Shown here: piece by piece, positions 10,966 through 23,134 of the stretch
Layout of the letters: the number at the start of each line of letters is the position of its first letter
How positions within the stretch are numbered: the stretch's first letter is position 1
Assembly: GCA_000934665.2 (NCBI GenBank)
Contig: JYFJ02004407.1
Span: forward strand, 1 to 32,396
Reading direction: 5' to 3'
From: Catajapyx aquilonaris
Lineage: Eukaryota
Length of the DNA: 32,396 nt
Program-made: the position numbers and the translations under genes
Notes under the pieces: generated by a model
Told to the model about the DNA's origin: nothing
Database searches by the model: none
What the model saw: the letters and a program-made list of their open reading frames with translations, nothing else

Positions 10966-13900
10966 GCTCCTGTGTAGTGTGTGCCCAGGTGAAAATGTGA
11001 GCCTTGGCAGATATAATGCAACGTCGCTATGACCACTATAGTATCGTTCTCTTTTCTGAGCAGGGTAATTGTCCTGAACAGGTTTTACCACTCTGTCAAT
11101 AAGCCTTGTGGATATTGGACGTGTTCTTGTCTTGTACCATGTACACATTATTGTACCTGGTTTGTATGCTCATGCAAGATGACTACTTGGATATTCGATC
11201 AGTTTGTTTATGGCTCGAATTTTGTAATTAGAAAGGAGACTTCCACAGTCAGTACAGTTTCCTGCTGGCGCGTGCCTCTATAATTGCATCTTTTTGCTGA
11301 GTTGTTCTTGGCCAGAGATATCCTCCTCTTCACTCCCAATCTGTGTCAAGGTATAAGGCATGAGATGTTTGAATTATTATTGCCTTTTCAGTCTTCACCG
11401 GTCTTGAATGGGCCTTCCTTCTTTTTGTCAGTATGTGCAGAGGCGGTTTTACATAGTAGCACATGTAGCACGTTGTCACGAAGCTTACTATGATAGCCCC
11501 AAATTTGGCATCTGAAACAAGCATAAATCGACATACCAAATGTGCTTTTCTTAGAGAATTCTTTATTCTCACCACTTCACAAACAACATTCAGGCGAAAG
11601 GATTATACCACTCCAAAGGTTTTCACATTTAGTAGGAGAGGTCAATGGACGGCTGGGTAGGTAGAGCTAACAAAAATCAACAGGCCTGAATCACTTATCA
11701 TATTTAGTAGACGCAGTATTGTGACCACGCCGATCATCAAAAACGGAGTGGGAAATAATAAAACAATGGGGCAACACGCCACAACGCATTCACCTTCACT
11801 TTCACTTTCCGATAAGCAACACTCTCGCCTTGAATGAGCTTCACCCAAAACGAAGTAATCCTCCCAACGGTCCTGGAATCATTGATCGACGTCGAACAGT
11901 TTTGCGGTGTAAAACCAAGTCGCACTTGATCGCACCACAGCTCCGAATCCACAGAGTCAAAACTCACACCCCGCACAATAGCAAAAGGGGAAGGTCGCTA
12001 TTAGGTGACAACAGGCGCGTACAATTTTCCCACGCACTGTCAAAGAGGGGGAGGGGGGGGGGGNGGGGGAAGGGGTCACAATTTAGCGGCAGTCGAAGTG
12101 TGCCACATTACTACGCAACACTACAAAAGCCGCGAAAAGTAAACTTCGGGCTACCGTAGGACCCCACCCGTTGCCCGTACGAGACCAAACACTCCGTACA
12201 ACTCCAGGGCGCAATTATAACAGTGGCTCCAACGTAATCCGGGCACAACCAGCCCCGTTGGAGGAAAGCCACTCACTGCCCGTGCAAGGACAGCCCACCT
12301 CACAGCAAAAAAAAACTTATCGGCAACGCATTCCTTATCAAAGCAAGTCCGTGGGACAAACCGTCAAATGTCACACGTGACACACGTGCTACAGGCCCCG
12401 CGCTGATGCTATTATAAATTTGTCATTAAGTATTACAAATTATCTTGCATAGTACATTCGGACAATATAATGAAGATTTATTTGCTTGAGTGCGGGATGA
12501 AGTTTAGATGGAGACAAAATGGTCTGGAAGTATAGCTGTGCGGGTTTCACAGAAACTGGGGGGCTAAATCAGTGGCGGATATACTGTACTTGGCAGGGGG
12601 GGCCCAGTCCGGGGCCCATCTCTCCCACAGGAGGTTGAAGGCAAAAATTTTGGGACATAAAACCGGCCTGGTTATCTTTCCGCGCCAGAGGGAAATCAGG
12701 TGCCTTCAATTAGGAATTCCGACTTCTGGTCGAGGCCGAGGCCGAAGGTAACTGTGCAATAATGTATAGTATAGTTACTGTGCACTGTACACTGTGCAAG
12801 GCAAGAAATAAGAAGTCACTGAGGTTGTTGGAGGCCAACTGGATGGCAATTTTTTAATGCATTTTTGGGGGGTCATGCTCTATGTAATATTGACAACCCT
12901 GTGTACATCTTGAGGGTTCATCATCCGGTATCAAGCCTGAAAAATCTCGTAGGCCCCGTACTTATGCACAGTGCAGAGTGCACACAGGGCCATACACTTC
13001 TTGTGCAGGCACGCTACTGAACAGCAGAGCTAGGTCTGTAATTATTATTATTATAGTGGTTTTACTCGGATTTCATAATGTACCCACGCAGCGTAATATG
13101 TGTCAACTATTATTACCTCAATTCCTCTTGTTCTTCGTATGTCAAGAGGGATGTTATTCCTCAAGCCAGGTACAGCAGAAAATCAACATGTGAATTTTAT
13201 GTCAGGTACATATAAGAGTACATATTCAGGCCTATAGTATATCATCAGGGGATGTTCTTTGCCACTTTAAAAAATGCCGTTTACTTAAAAACTGTGGTTT
13301 CTAGAAAATATGTGATAACATATTTGAAACAGACGCCAAAACAAAGTGATAAAAATTGATGTGTTTGCAAGTGTCTATGCTCGGAGACTGCATTGATCCT
13401 AATAACTACAGTATATGATGCAGGATTATTTTAGTTGGAGTGTGAATACTTCTTGTGAAGTTTTGCAAGTAAGAGTTTAAATACAGTTCAAAATTTGTAC
13501 ACAATTGAACTCCTGTTAAACACGCCTAAATTAATGAATTTAATTAAATATCCCTTAAATCTTCAGTAGAGTTATTGCTGTCCCATCAAGTCTAAGCTAT
13601 ATATGGAGATTTAGCATGCTGGGAACCATATGAAAGCTTTACTGGAAAGCAATACTGGAAAATGTGACAGAATTAGTCAAAGGTTAGGAAAATTTTCCCC
13701 TACTTATTTTATGTATGCCTAGTTAGGTTTTCAGTCTATGCGATTATCATTGTCCAAAGTCATCTCAATCGCGTGTCTACATCGAGTCGCCAGCTAGTTT
13801 GCGTTCATTATGTGTTCAATTCTGCGCAAATAGTGTTATTTTCTTGTTGAATTTGTGCATTGCAATGAGTGTCGTATACTGTGTAGTCTTTCTATAATTC

Positions 13901-14117
13901 TCTGCCGCTTAGATTCATGAACATCGTAGCTGTAACATGGGGCCTAATAAGCACATCTAATATAAATCTACGTGGAAGTCAAATTGAAGTCTCATGTTGA
14001 AAATATGAATCATAATGTTCATAATCATCGTTGTGATACACGTGTACCGTATCCATCGAAATACTGTATAGATAGAGAGGGTAGGTGCTGCCACCTGTCT
14101 GCAGACGGACATTCCAC

Positions 14118-14157
14118 TGCGCATGCGCTCTTCCTTGGCGTCCTTCAGCCATCTTGG
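14118..14157. promoter_or_regulatory. Candidate promoter motifs upstream of the Sin3A-like gene (NRF1/Ewg-type and YY1/Pho-type)
   Basis: TGCGCATGCGC at 14118-14128 and GCCATCTTG (CAAGATGGC on the minus strand) at ~14148-14156, about 440 bp before the ATG. Motif match only. Confidence 0.3.
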
Positions 14158-14431
14158 ATTTTCCCCCCGACTTCCCCTCTTTGTCTCTGTCTGGTCTCTG
14201 GTGGATCATCATCATCACACGCCTAGTCTTGTCCTGTTCGCCACAATAAACGGAGAGGAGAGCGGATCCAGAGAGAGAGACCATCCAAGGAAGGAGGAAG
14301 AGGTGCGATAATAGCACAGGACCAGGTCAGTTTGGTGGGAAGGGTCAACTTTACAGTTAAAATTGGCGTGAGTTATTGCAAAAGCAATCCTGCTGTACAG
14401 CTTCTCATTTACTACTTATTGCCAGCTATTA

Positions 14432-14485
<54 letters not shown>
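14432..14485. repeat. (AAT)18 microsatellite
   Basis: Perfect trinucleotide run read directly from the sequence. Confidence 0.97.
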
Positions 14486-14486
<1 letters not shown>

Positions 14487-14569
14487 TTTATTAACGTCTG
14501 GGGTTGTTTCCCCTTATGACGGAGAGAACTTGCCATCATTGATAATATTATCTAAAAACAGTGTCCACT

Positions 14570-17500
14570 ATGAAGCGGACTGCTGATGAAGATCCAGAGA
14601 CCACTCCTCATGTGTCTTCCACTGTCACTGTTGCGATGGACACATCAGAAGCTGTTGATGCAGTTCAGGGGTCCCCTTCGAGTCCACCAAACCAACAGTC
14701 CCTGACTTATCCAGGTGATCCAGGACAGGATGGAGTGGCAGGCAGTGTGGGGTCACCACCACCATCTATGCCAACCCAGCAGTGGGATGATGATGCATCA
14801 GGTGTCAGCAATGGTAGTGCCCACGATGGTCAGCCGCAGTTCAAGCGCTTGAAAAGTGATGAAGCCTTGGCCTACTTGGAACTAGTCAAGTCCACGGTTA
14901 GTTACCAGCCGCAGTTGTACAATGACTTCTTAGACATCATGAAAGCCTTCAGTGCTCAGTCAATCGGCACAACAGGAGTTATTAAGCGTATCTCGAGCCT
15001 TTTTCGACATCACTTGGAGCTGATTGTTGGCTTCAATGCTTTCCTGCCCCATGGTTGTAAGGTCGAAGTTCTGCCTGGAGAAAAGATGATCGTGACCATG
15101 TCTTCTGAGACCAGAGTGGTGCCCATTCCAACTGGGTCTCCACACACTGACCACATCCAGCTTCCAGTTGTTGCTGCAACCCCACCAGAACTAGTAGGCA
15201 GGGCAGCTCATCCGGTACACAATGTTGTGCCGTCTGTTGGAATGTCACCAGCAACATCGCCTCAAGTTCACCCACATGAATTCAACATTGCCATCCACTT
15301 TGTGAACAAGATCAAGACCCGGTTTAGAGGGCAGCCAGACAAGTACAAGCAGTTCCTACATGTACTTAACAATTACCAGAAGGAGCAGCATAAGCTGACG
15401 GAGGGTGCTGCTGCGTCTTCACTTCCAAGTAAGCATCAGTCGGAGGCAGAAGTGTACTGGCAGGTTTCCAAATTGTTCGATAACCAGGAGGATTTGCTGC
15501 AGGAGTTTTTGCAGTTCTTGCCTGATGCTAGCAGTTACACAGCATTTTCTGGTGAGAGCTTCAAAGGGGCAGCTGTGAAAAACCCAGTGGTTACGGTTGC
15601 AAAACTACCAGTTTTTCCTAGAGCACGTGCCGTGGCAAAGTCGAGGATGTCGCCAGTCATGTCGTTGGCTGAACCTGGAAAGCATGGCTCCTCACTTGAC
15701 AGTTCGTTTTTTGACAAGGTTCGTCGTGCAATCAAGTATCCCAAGCATTACGAGAACTTTCTGAGATGTCTGGACCTCTACGACGAACGGGTTTTGTCAC
15801 AAGAAGAATTGGTGCAGCTGGTGACACCATTTCTGGGCAATTTTCCTGATCTGTTTAACTGGTTCAAAGACGTCTTGTATTGCCCCAGAAGGGACACCCT
15901 GCAGGTTAATCCCATACCCATACAAGTTGCTGAGTGTTATGGAGCATCTAGCGACTCTGACCATGAGGTTGACTACTCCACATTGAATTGGATTGATGGC
16001 AGCTATCGTGTTCTCCCAGAAAGCTACGTTCATCGAAAGTGTTCTGGCCGCACCAGCCTTTGCAATGAGGTTCTGAATGACACTTTAGTTTCTCTTCCAT
16101 CATATTCGGATGATTCCACTGTAATGAGCTGTCGTAAAACAGAGTATGAAGTTCACATGTACAGAGTTGAAGATGACAGATTTGAGCTGGATATGATGCT
16201 TGAGACTAATGCAGCAGCTATTGTCTCTCTGGAGGCAGTGCAGAAATTGATGTCACGTATGACTCCAGAAGAGGTTGAGCAATTCACACTTGACGACTGT
16301 CTTGGAGGCACCTCGCCAACTATAAATCAGAGGGCCGTGCGTCACATATACGGAGAGAAAGGCCCTGATATTATTGTGGGCCTAAAGATGAATCCGCATT
16401 TTGCCATTCCAATCGTCTTACAGCGTCTGAAGGAAAAGGATGAGGAGTGGCGTGAATCACAAAGAAGATTCAAGAAGGACTGGCGTGAGCAGATGGAGAA
16501 GTACTACCTGAAGTCGCTGGATCATCAGGGTATTAACTTCAAGCAGAATGACATGAAGGTCCTAAAAAGCAGGAGCCTCTTAGGGGAAATAGAGGCGCGT
16601 TATGATGAAAGACATGATGAGGAGGCCGATGATGATGAAGTGTCGGAAGGTCCTCATCTTGTGTTGGATTACCAAAACAAGAGTGTCACTGACAATGCTG
16701 CAGATCTTATCCTGCATTATGTGAAGCGGCACCATGGGATACATCCTGAAATGAAGCAGAAGATCAAGCAGTTGTTGCGACGAGTAGTGCCCGAGGTGTT
16801 CTTAGAACCAGGTCAGAAGATGGATGAAGATGCGCCTAATGTTGATGATGATTGTGCCCCAATTACTGACACCATGTCGTTCAATGATAGCTACAAGATG
16901 TTCATGGGGTGCAAAAACTGGTACCTTCTACTTCGATACCACCACATACTATGTGAGAGGTTGATAACCATGCAGCAACATGCACTGCAGATTGCAGAAG
17001 AGGAGTCTCGTGAGCGCATGATTCGACGCGAATCTACTGCTATTGCTCTACGATTGAAGGAGCTGGGAAACTTACCTGTTGATGAGTACGCCAGCACCTT
17101 TCTAGACTTGGTCAAACATATGCTTGAAGGAGTAGTTGATGAGGACACTTATGAAGACACGTTACGTCAGATGTTTGGCATCCACGCGTACATTGCATTC
17201 ACCTTGGACAAAGTTGTAGGCAATGTTGTGCTTCAACTTCAGCACATTGTAAATGATGAGAGGTGCATGAGGTGCATGGAAGCATTCTCTCTAAACCGTG
17301 GTTGTCATGAGGCATTGTACCAACGTCGTGCTCAGAAGTTGATGCCCAAAGAAAATTGCTTTTGCATCAAAGTCTACCACCACAAGTGTCTCATAACGGT
17401 GGAGCTTCTGGTTGAGGAACAGAATCCAGTGAGAATGGTTCCAAATTGGTCGTCGTATGTTGAGCAGACCACTTTTCCACAGCCATGGAAGGAAGTCCTG

Positions 17501-17959
17501 ATGATGCACAGTCCAATATTTTTGCCACGCAACCGACGCTCTTGGCCTGCTGCAGCAACAGCCGGTGAGTCAGAAAATGTTCCAAATGTAGCTGATAATG
17601 TAAATAATGTTTCATTCCCCTTTTAAGTCGCAGATAACAAGGCAGTGAAGGAAGTGGCCAGTCATGATGACTACATGTACAAGAGGAACTCACTCCGTCG
17701 GGGACGTGAAGGGCATCCCAGACTATCCCGCAGGATTGATGCCCGTTTCCATCATTGGCACTGGAAGTGGTCCAAGGCCAACGTGAGTCGCCGGCAGCAT
17801 GTGCAGACCGAAGACTGGATGATGGGCAGGGGATATGGCCAGATCCGGACCTGGGCCAACAGATGTGATGACCTGTCACGCCCACCTTACCGGGAGTACA
17901 AACGCTACAAGGTTGAGAGGCAGCCTGCAAAGGAACAATCCAAGGAATCAGGAAAGTAA
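14570..17959 (+). CDS. Sin3A: Paired amphipathic helix protein Sin3A-like co-repressor, probable retrocopy; open 14570-17626, conserved C-terminus continues in frame to 17959
   Basis: MKR start. PAH1 (YNDFLDIMKAF..QSI.T.GVI.R.S.LF..H.ELIVGFNAFLP), PAH2 (EFNIAIHFVNKIKTRFRGQPDKYKQFL), PAH3 (FFDKVRRA...YENFLRCL). HDAC-interacting domain (SYRVLP...KCSGRT.LCNEVLND, RVEDDRFELD, EKYYLKSLDHQGINFKQND). Sin3_C region (YEDTLRQMFGIHAYIAFTLDK). After the TAA, DYMYKRNSL...RF..W..KW still resembles the Sin3A C-terminus. Confidence 0.93.
17565..17633 (+). other. Candidate short phase-1 GT-AG intron containing the in-frame TAA (ends 17627 or 17633)
   Basis: Donor CCG|GTGAGT, branch-like CTGAT at 17592-17596, pyrimidine tract TTTCATTCCCCTTTT. 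Acceptors AAG (63 nt) and CAG (69 nt) both preserve the frame. Confidence 0.5.
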
Positions 17960-18807
17960 TGGCCAAGTGATGGCGATGGAGGCTCAAAGTCTAAGGAGGA
18001 GGAAGAAGAGAAGCAGTATGAGTGAGATATTTTGGTGGGCCATTGGACAAGGTTTTTGTTTTTTAAATTTCCTTTCCTAGGTATCAATATTTATCCGCTG
18101 ATTCTTTTAGTTTTCATTTTTTATTTTCATGTGTTAACCTCCATTAATGTGAAGGCAGATTTAAAATAGTTGAAATCATGGAAAAATTTCATGTCACCGC
18201 TGCAATTGTCTATTCATTCCCAGTGTAGCAGTCGGTAGTAGTTGTGTCGGAATTAAGAGGAGGAGACCCTGTTTTAATTTTTAAAAGTCAATCATGCTTG
18301 GTGTGTTTTTAAAATAATTATACAGAATATTACTGATCCAATTTTTAAAGGCTGAACCAGTTAAAATTTCAGTTTATGAGGAAGAAATGTGGACTTTGTC
18401 TCACTATCTTTTGAAGGAGAAATTACAATGAGTTTACAATCTCACTGTGTGATTTATTTGAGTATGTATTTGGAAACAATAGGGTCAGCCAGCTGTCATT
18501 TTTTTCGTGCACGATACATGTCCAACCTGTATGAAACTGTAAGATCAGTACTGGAAATAAATTGTGGGAATTAGCACACAAACGTGTCTCTTTGTTTCAG
18601 TTGCCTGGGCCTACAAACTTCTCTCAGAAATCTATTTGCTCCTGATATTCAATACCTAATCCACCTTTGTTTGTCCACCTCTTGCTCCATGCCGTGCAGG
18701 ACCCAGCCAAAATATGTAAAGAATAATTGGAAGTGACAATCTATTTAATTTTAAGAGGGATTTTATTGCAAGCAGCTCACATTACATGCGTACATATACT
18801 GTCAACA

Positions 18808-18870
18808 TACAGGGTGTCCACAACGAACCTCCCTAGTTTCCAAGAGCAATACAAAAGAGAAATGCAGAGT
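18808..18870 (+). mobile_element. Possible Tc1/mariner-type terminus
   Basis: TA followed by CAGGGTGTCC; no matching end seen. Confidence 0.3.
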
Positions 18871-19919
18871 TATTTAAAGTTTTTGTACTGAAAACAACTG
18901 TGGTGGGCAGCAGGACATCATCTTCCTGGCGGTGATGCCATCTCATCTATAGGTGATGGAGGACCACCAGGCGGTAGTTTTCAGCTGTGAAAAAAAAAGG
19001 AATAAAATTAGATCACATATAATTATCAAACAATGGTATGTAAGTTGTCATTAGATGGCACGGTAGCACTTGGCATGATAATTCTTTCCCTTATAGGGAC
19101 AGTTGGATCAGGTCATACACATGCAATCATCAAGATTGAGTAGTGCTAATTGTTTGCCACAATTTAAAGCCCCCATTAAATCTGATTTCTTTGTGCATCT
19201 GACCTGGTCCAACTGTCTGAGGGAGGGGGAAGTTATTTAAATTAGATTTAATGGAAATTAAAAATTTGCATAGATTATTAGTCTGTTATATTTATTTGTG
19301 AGAAAATTTGACTTTTAGTTTTATTTGTGCATCAGTTTTGCATCAGGGCTGTTGCATGAAGGCTGACTGATGGATGGAGGTTCAATCAGTTTCGCATGTC
19401 CTATTAAATGCAATAAACTGTACTTACCCGAACATGTGGACTTCAGTGTCATGCACATTCCAAACTCGCATAGCTCCTTGCTTCCCAGCTGAGGCATGTG
19501 AGGATTGGTTTTTTCCCCCCATCACACTGATGAGAGGATGGACCTGCGTGAAAGAGAAAATAAAATATTAGTGTCATAATTCATCTGAGGGTATACCAAG
19601 ATAAAGATTGGGTTCATTTGGAAATAATTTTGTTACACTTCCAGTGATCTCACTTTGGGGCATTGTTAGCAGGCATATCTAAATGTTACTACCGCAGGTT
19701 CCAGCACCATTTACGGCTTCATTTGTAAACATCTGAAAATGGTTCCGCTGTGCTTGCTCATAATCAACAACTAAAACTTGCACCTAAAAACAATGGTCTG
19801 ACAAAATCCCCACACATTGCTTATGATATGAGTCATATTGGTCTGTGCAGCTTCCTGTGAGATAAGATCCTCTGATCATTTGGTCTGACCTTCAACCATG
19901 TGCTTTTCCAGCATGTGGT

Positions 19920-20115
19920 AATTAACCTCATATTTCTCTACTAGAATGCGCCCCTCATTATTAAAACGCACACATTCTCCTCAGATGCGCGGCCTCAGGA
20001 TGCGGCCGCCAAAAGCCCTATCAGAGGGCAGAAATGAATGCCCAGTTACAGGGAAGAGCAGTTCCAATGATTTGATACGCCCTGCACCAATGAAGAAAAA
20101 AGGAAAATCAGGACT
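19920..20115 (-). pseudogene. DNA transposase fragment, Sola-like
   Basis: IKSLELLFPVTGHSFLPSDRAFG matches the F.V.GHSFLP.DR.FG motif of Sola-type DDE transposases. The frame breaks immediately afterwards. Confidence 0.55.
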
Positions 20116-20619
20116 TTCAACACTGCAGCTAGCATTAATGATGAAACAATAAGCCATCAGATTTTTTCCTAACAACTTTCCAAACAGAGTGAGGAACATA
20201 TTCAAATATTGGATTTGTACCGTACGGTTCAAGAAGCAATAGTTTGATGCTACAATAAACCAGACAAAGCGACAACTTTTCCCGTTCAGATTACTATGCA
20301 TTGGTTCAATCAAAATTCTAAAAAATGATAGTTCACTGGATTTATACTGAACAAGCTCCTAGAACCTACAATTAGCCCCCCCAAAATATGAGCGACCAAC
20401 AGTGTTCATTTCAGGCAAATCTTCGTGCAATTTCACTGATTAATAATAGCCTGGAATTATTAAATATTACGCTACTTAAATCTAGTGACTGGGTCGAAAG
20501 TAACGCCTAATTACCAGAGGAACAGGCAGGGTTTAGACCAGGGATATGTTGCTTATTCTATAATAAAAGTGTACCATTCGTTTGATCAAACCATAAATAT
20601 CAGTGATGTAAGAGGAAGT

Positions 20620-20927
20620 GGTCAATGTTCCTCATGTCATGCGCGGAAGGCAGGCAGGCTTCTTAGGGAGGCCACGTCCAGGTTGTGGACTTGCTCTTGG
20701 AGAAAGAGACAGGGCTGGAGGAGAAGGGACAAGATGATCGGACCCCACTCCACTGGGCGGCATGGTGCAGCCAACCAGAAGTGGCTCGCATGTCCAAGGG
20801 AGCGGACTTGTCCGTCATAGACAAGGATGGGAAGGCACCCCTTGACCTCGCAGAAGAGAAGGGATATGATTGTGTCACCAAACTTTTGGAGGTATTTACA
20901 TGGGGAGTTTATCACAGTTTGGCCTAG
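20620..20927 (+). pseudogene. Ankyrin-repeat fragment or isolated exon
   Basis: LDLLLEKETGLEEKGQDDRTPLHWAAWCSQPEVARMSKGADLSVIDKDGKAPLDLAEEKGYDCVTKLL, about two ankyrin repeats. Upstream frame is broken. Confidence 0.75.
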
Positions 20928-21149
20928 CTAGCTCAATGTCTACATGAAGAACAGCAATTGAGAGTTGTCTTTACTTAAAAGGTAATTGCATCACTTCATC
21001 TGATTATTTATTTAAATTATTTTTTGAGTTAGAAAAATGCCTTTTTTGTGTTGTAGATCCATTCTAGACTAGTCCTACAACAGTTGGTAGAACATTTTTA
21101 CAATACCTACATTGAGTTAACTACATTGGCGTAAGCCCAACGGAAGGTA

Positions 21150-21600
21150 CATCACCCCGGAGGTGCTGGAGCGACCGTTCCAGCGGATGGGGATAGACTA
21201 CCTGGGCCCCTTTTCCTAAAAGTATGAGTGAGCGGAAGTACATTGTCCACCTTTCAAATTATGTGGAAGCCAGGACCACGGTTTCGGCGTCCACAGAAGA
21301 AGCCCGTGCCTTCTTGCAACAGAGGGCCTTCAGGCGGCACGCCATCCCTGAAGTGGTAATCAGCGATAGAGGAAGCCATTTCGTGGCAGAAGTTTTCGAG
21401 GTACTGCTGCAACAAATGGGCGTGCGGCAAGTTAGAACAGCACCCTACCACCCCCAGAGTAATGGTGTGGTGGAACATTTCAACAGGACTCTTATCTGCA
21501 ATACTGGCGAAGTACTCCGTCCAGCAAGACGACTGGGATGAGCATGTGGCTGCCGCGGTGTGGGCGTATAACTCATCGACTAAATCTCCGTACGAACTGG
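21150..21600 (+). mobile_element. Ty3/Gypsy integrase core fragment
   Basis: RPFQRMGIDYLGPF, RHAIPEVVISDRGSHF, TAPYHPQSNGVVEHFNRTL, DWDEHVAAAVWAYNSS. Contains stops and frameshifts. Confidence 0.9.
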
Positions 21601-21709
21601 AGAAGAGAGCTGCTAAGCTGAGAAGGCAGGAGGTCAACAAGACGGCCATGGCATCACGGCAAGCAGAACCCCCTGCCTACCAGGAGGAAACGATCCCGAG
21701 GAACTTTAT

Positions 21710-21830
21710 AAAACTCGGGCTCTTTAGAAACTCGCCCGAGTTACACATGGATGTTACTTTCAAGACCGTCCCACAAACATTGAAACAGCTCTTCACAGTG
21801 CACGCAGCCGACACGGACAACCACGTAAGT
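21710..21830 (+). mobile_element. MULE/Mutator transposase fragment
   Basis: LFRNSPELHMDVTFKTVPQTLKQLFTVHA matches the MULE DGTFK.VP..F.QLFT.H motif. Followed by a GTAAGT donor-like site. Confidence 0.7.
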
Positions 21831-22559
21831 GATATGGAGCCCATATAGACCTACCGTCTTTGTCCTAACTGACTTAACTCCCAATAGAAAACAAGTTTCG
21901 TATTAATTACAGGGTATGTGGAAAAGCATGACTATTACGTAGTCATGGAATCATGTAAAATGAAACGGGAGTCACACGTTGAAATAATAAATGCTGTTGT
22001 GCATGGACTATACGTACGTTACATCAATTCACCTGCAATATTTAGTAATTGATTAACGGACCAAAAATTACCATTCTCAATCACGAGTCAGGTCGACAAC
22101 TTTGCGTATGCTAGGGGGTATGGTGGAGAAACCTTTTTTTTTTGCACTTAATTTTAAGGCCAGCACAATTCCATTGTTACATGAGCTGTACGTGTTCCTG
22201 AATGCAATAACTAAATGTTCTGACGATTCAATATACATATGACATATTTCAAATTGTGATTTGAACTATTGCTTTATCTATTATTACTGTATTCGCAATT
22301 CTTTCTTTGCCGGAAAGCAGCAGACCTACACCCTGACAATGAGCGAACAGGACATGTAAGTAGGACGCCTGCTACCTCCCCATACAGCAGTCTCCGTCCA
22401 AATCCCTACCCCTCAGGTTTCTATCAAACAATTTGACGAATTGAACCAATAATTTCCGAGACTATTATCACCTCTTCCGGAAAGGGAACCACCAGCCAGG
22501 ACTTACGACTCTTTAGTAGCAGCAATTCAATACAGTCAATTCCAATCCATCGAGTTGGA

Positions 22560-23132
22560 TCCTTCAAAAAAGGTGCCAGGTGATTGTACACAAACAATCC
22601 ATGGTTTTATGACCATACAACAGGTATACGTGTGGACCAGTAGCGGACCTCAACATCTACACAGCACACAACCACACCCTAAAAGCCATTTACTGTGGAA
22701 CAACATGTTATGGGGTAAGGAGCCAAACAGCGTAAACATTTTGAAGAAGACGAAACGGTCTTCAGAGAACTCCTCTGGACACTTTTTTTTCCCCCGGAAG
22801 GAGCATCTGGTTGATAGCCCCAGTCTTCACAGCATTTTCAGGATCAATTTCAGAAGATATCATTGGGGGATACCTTATAGGTAGGTAACACTGTAACGAC
22901 ATGTGCATATTAATAACAAGATAATAATTAAAGAACACGAATATAGTAGCATTCTTTATCATTTGCATCCTCACCCCTTATTTTAATTCCAATTAGGAGA
23001 CAGTGGATATCCAATTGAACCATATCTGATGACACCAGTACGGAATCCATCGTCAGCAGCGGAAGTAAAATACAACAAAAGCCATTCCCGTAGTGTTGTT
23101 GAGCGCCTTTTTGGTCTCCTGAAAAGGAAGGT
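22560..23132 (+). pseudogene. PIF/Harbinger transposase C-terminal (DDE) fragment with retained intron 22881-22996
   Basis: Removing GT(22881)..AG(22996) gives GYLIGDSGYPIEPYLMTPVRNPSSAAEVKYNKSHSRSVVERLFGLLKRK. An upstream PG.DCT remnant is also present. Confidence 0.85.
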
Positions 23133-23134
23133 TC

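Noticed and set aside
12046..12075. Poly-G tract with quadruplex potential
   Set aside because: Contains an N and low-complexity sequence of uncertain accuracy; no functional context.
12570..12620. CAGTGGCGGAT hAT-like terminus
   Set aside because: No partner TIR or 8-bp TSD found.
17391..17987. 198-aa minus-strand ORF
   Set aside because: Antisense to the Sin3A-like C-terminus with no independent signal.
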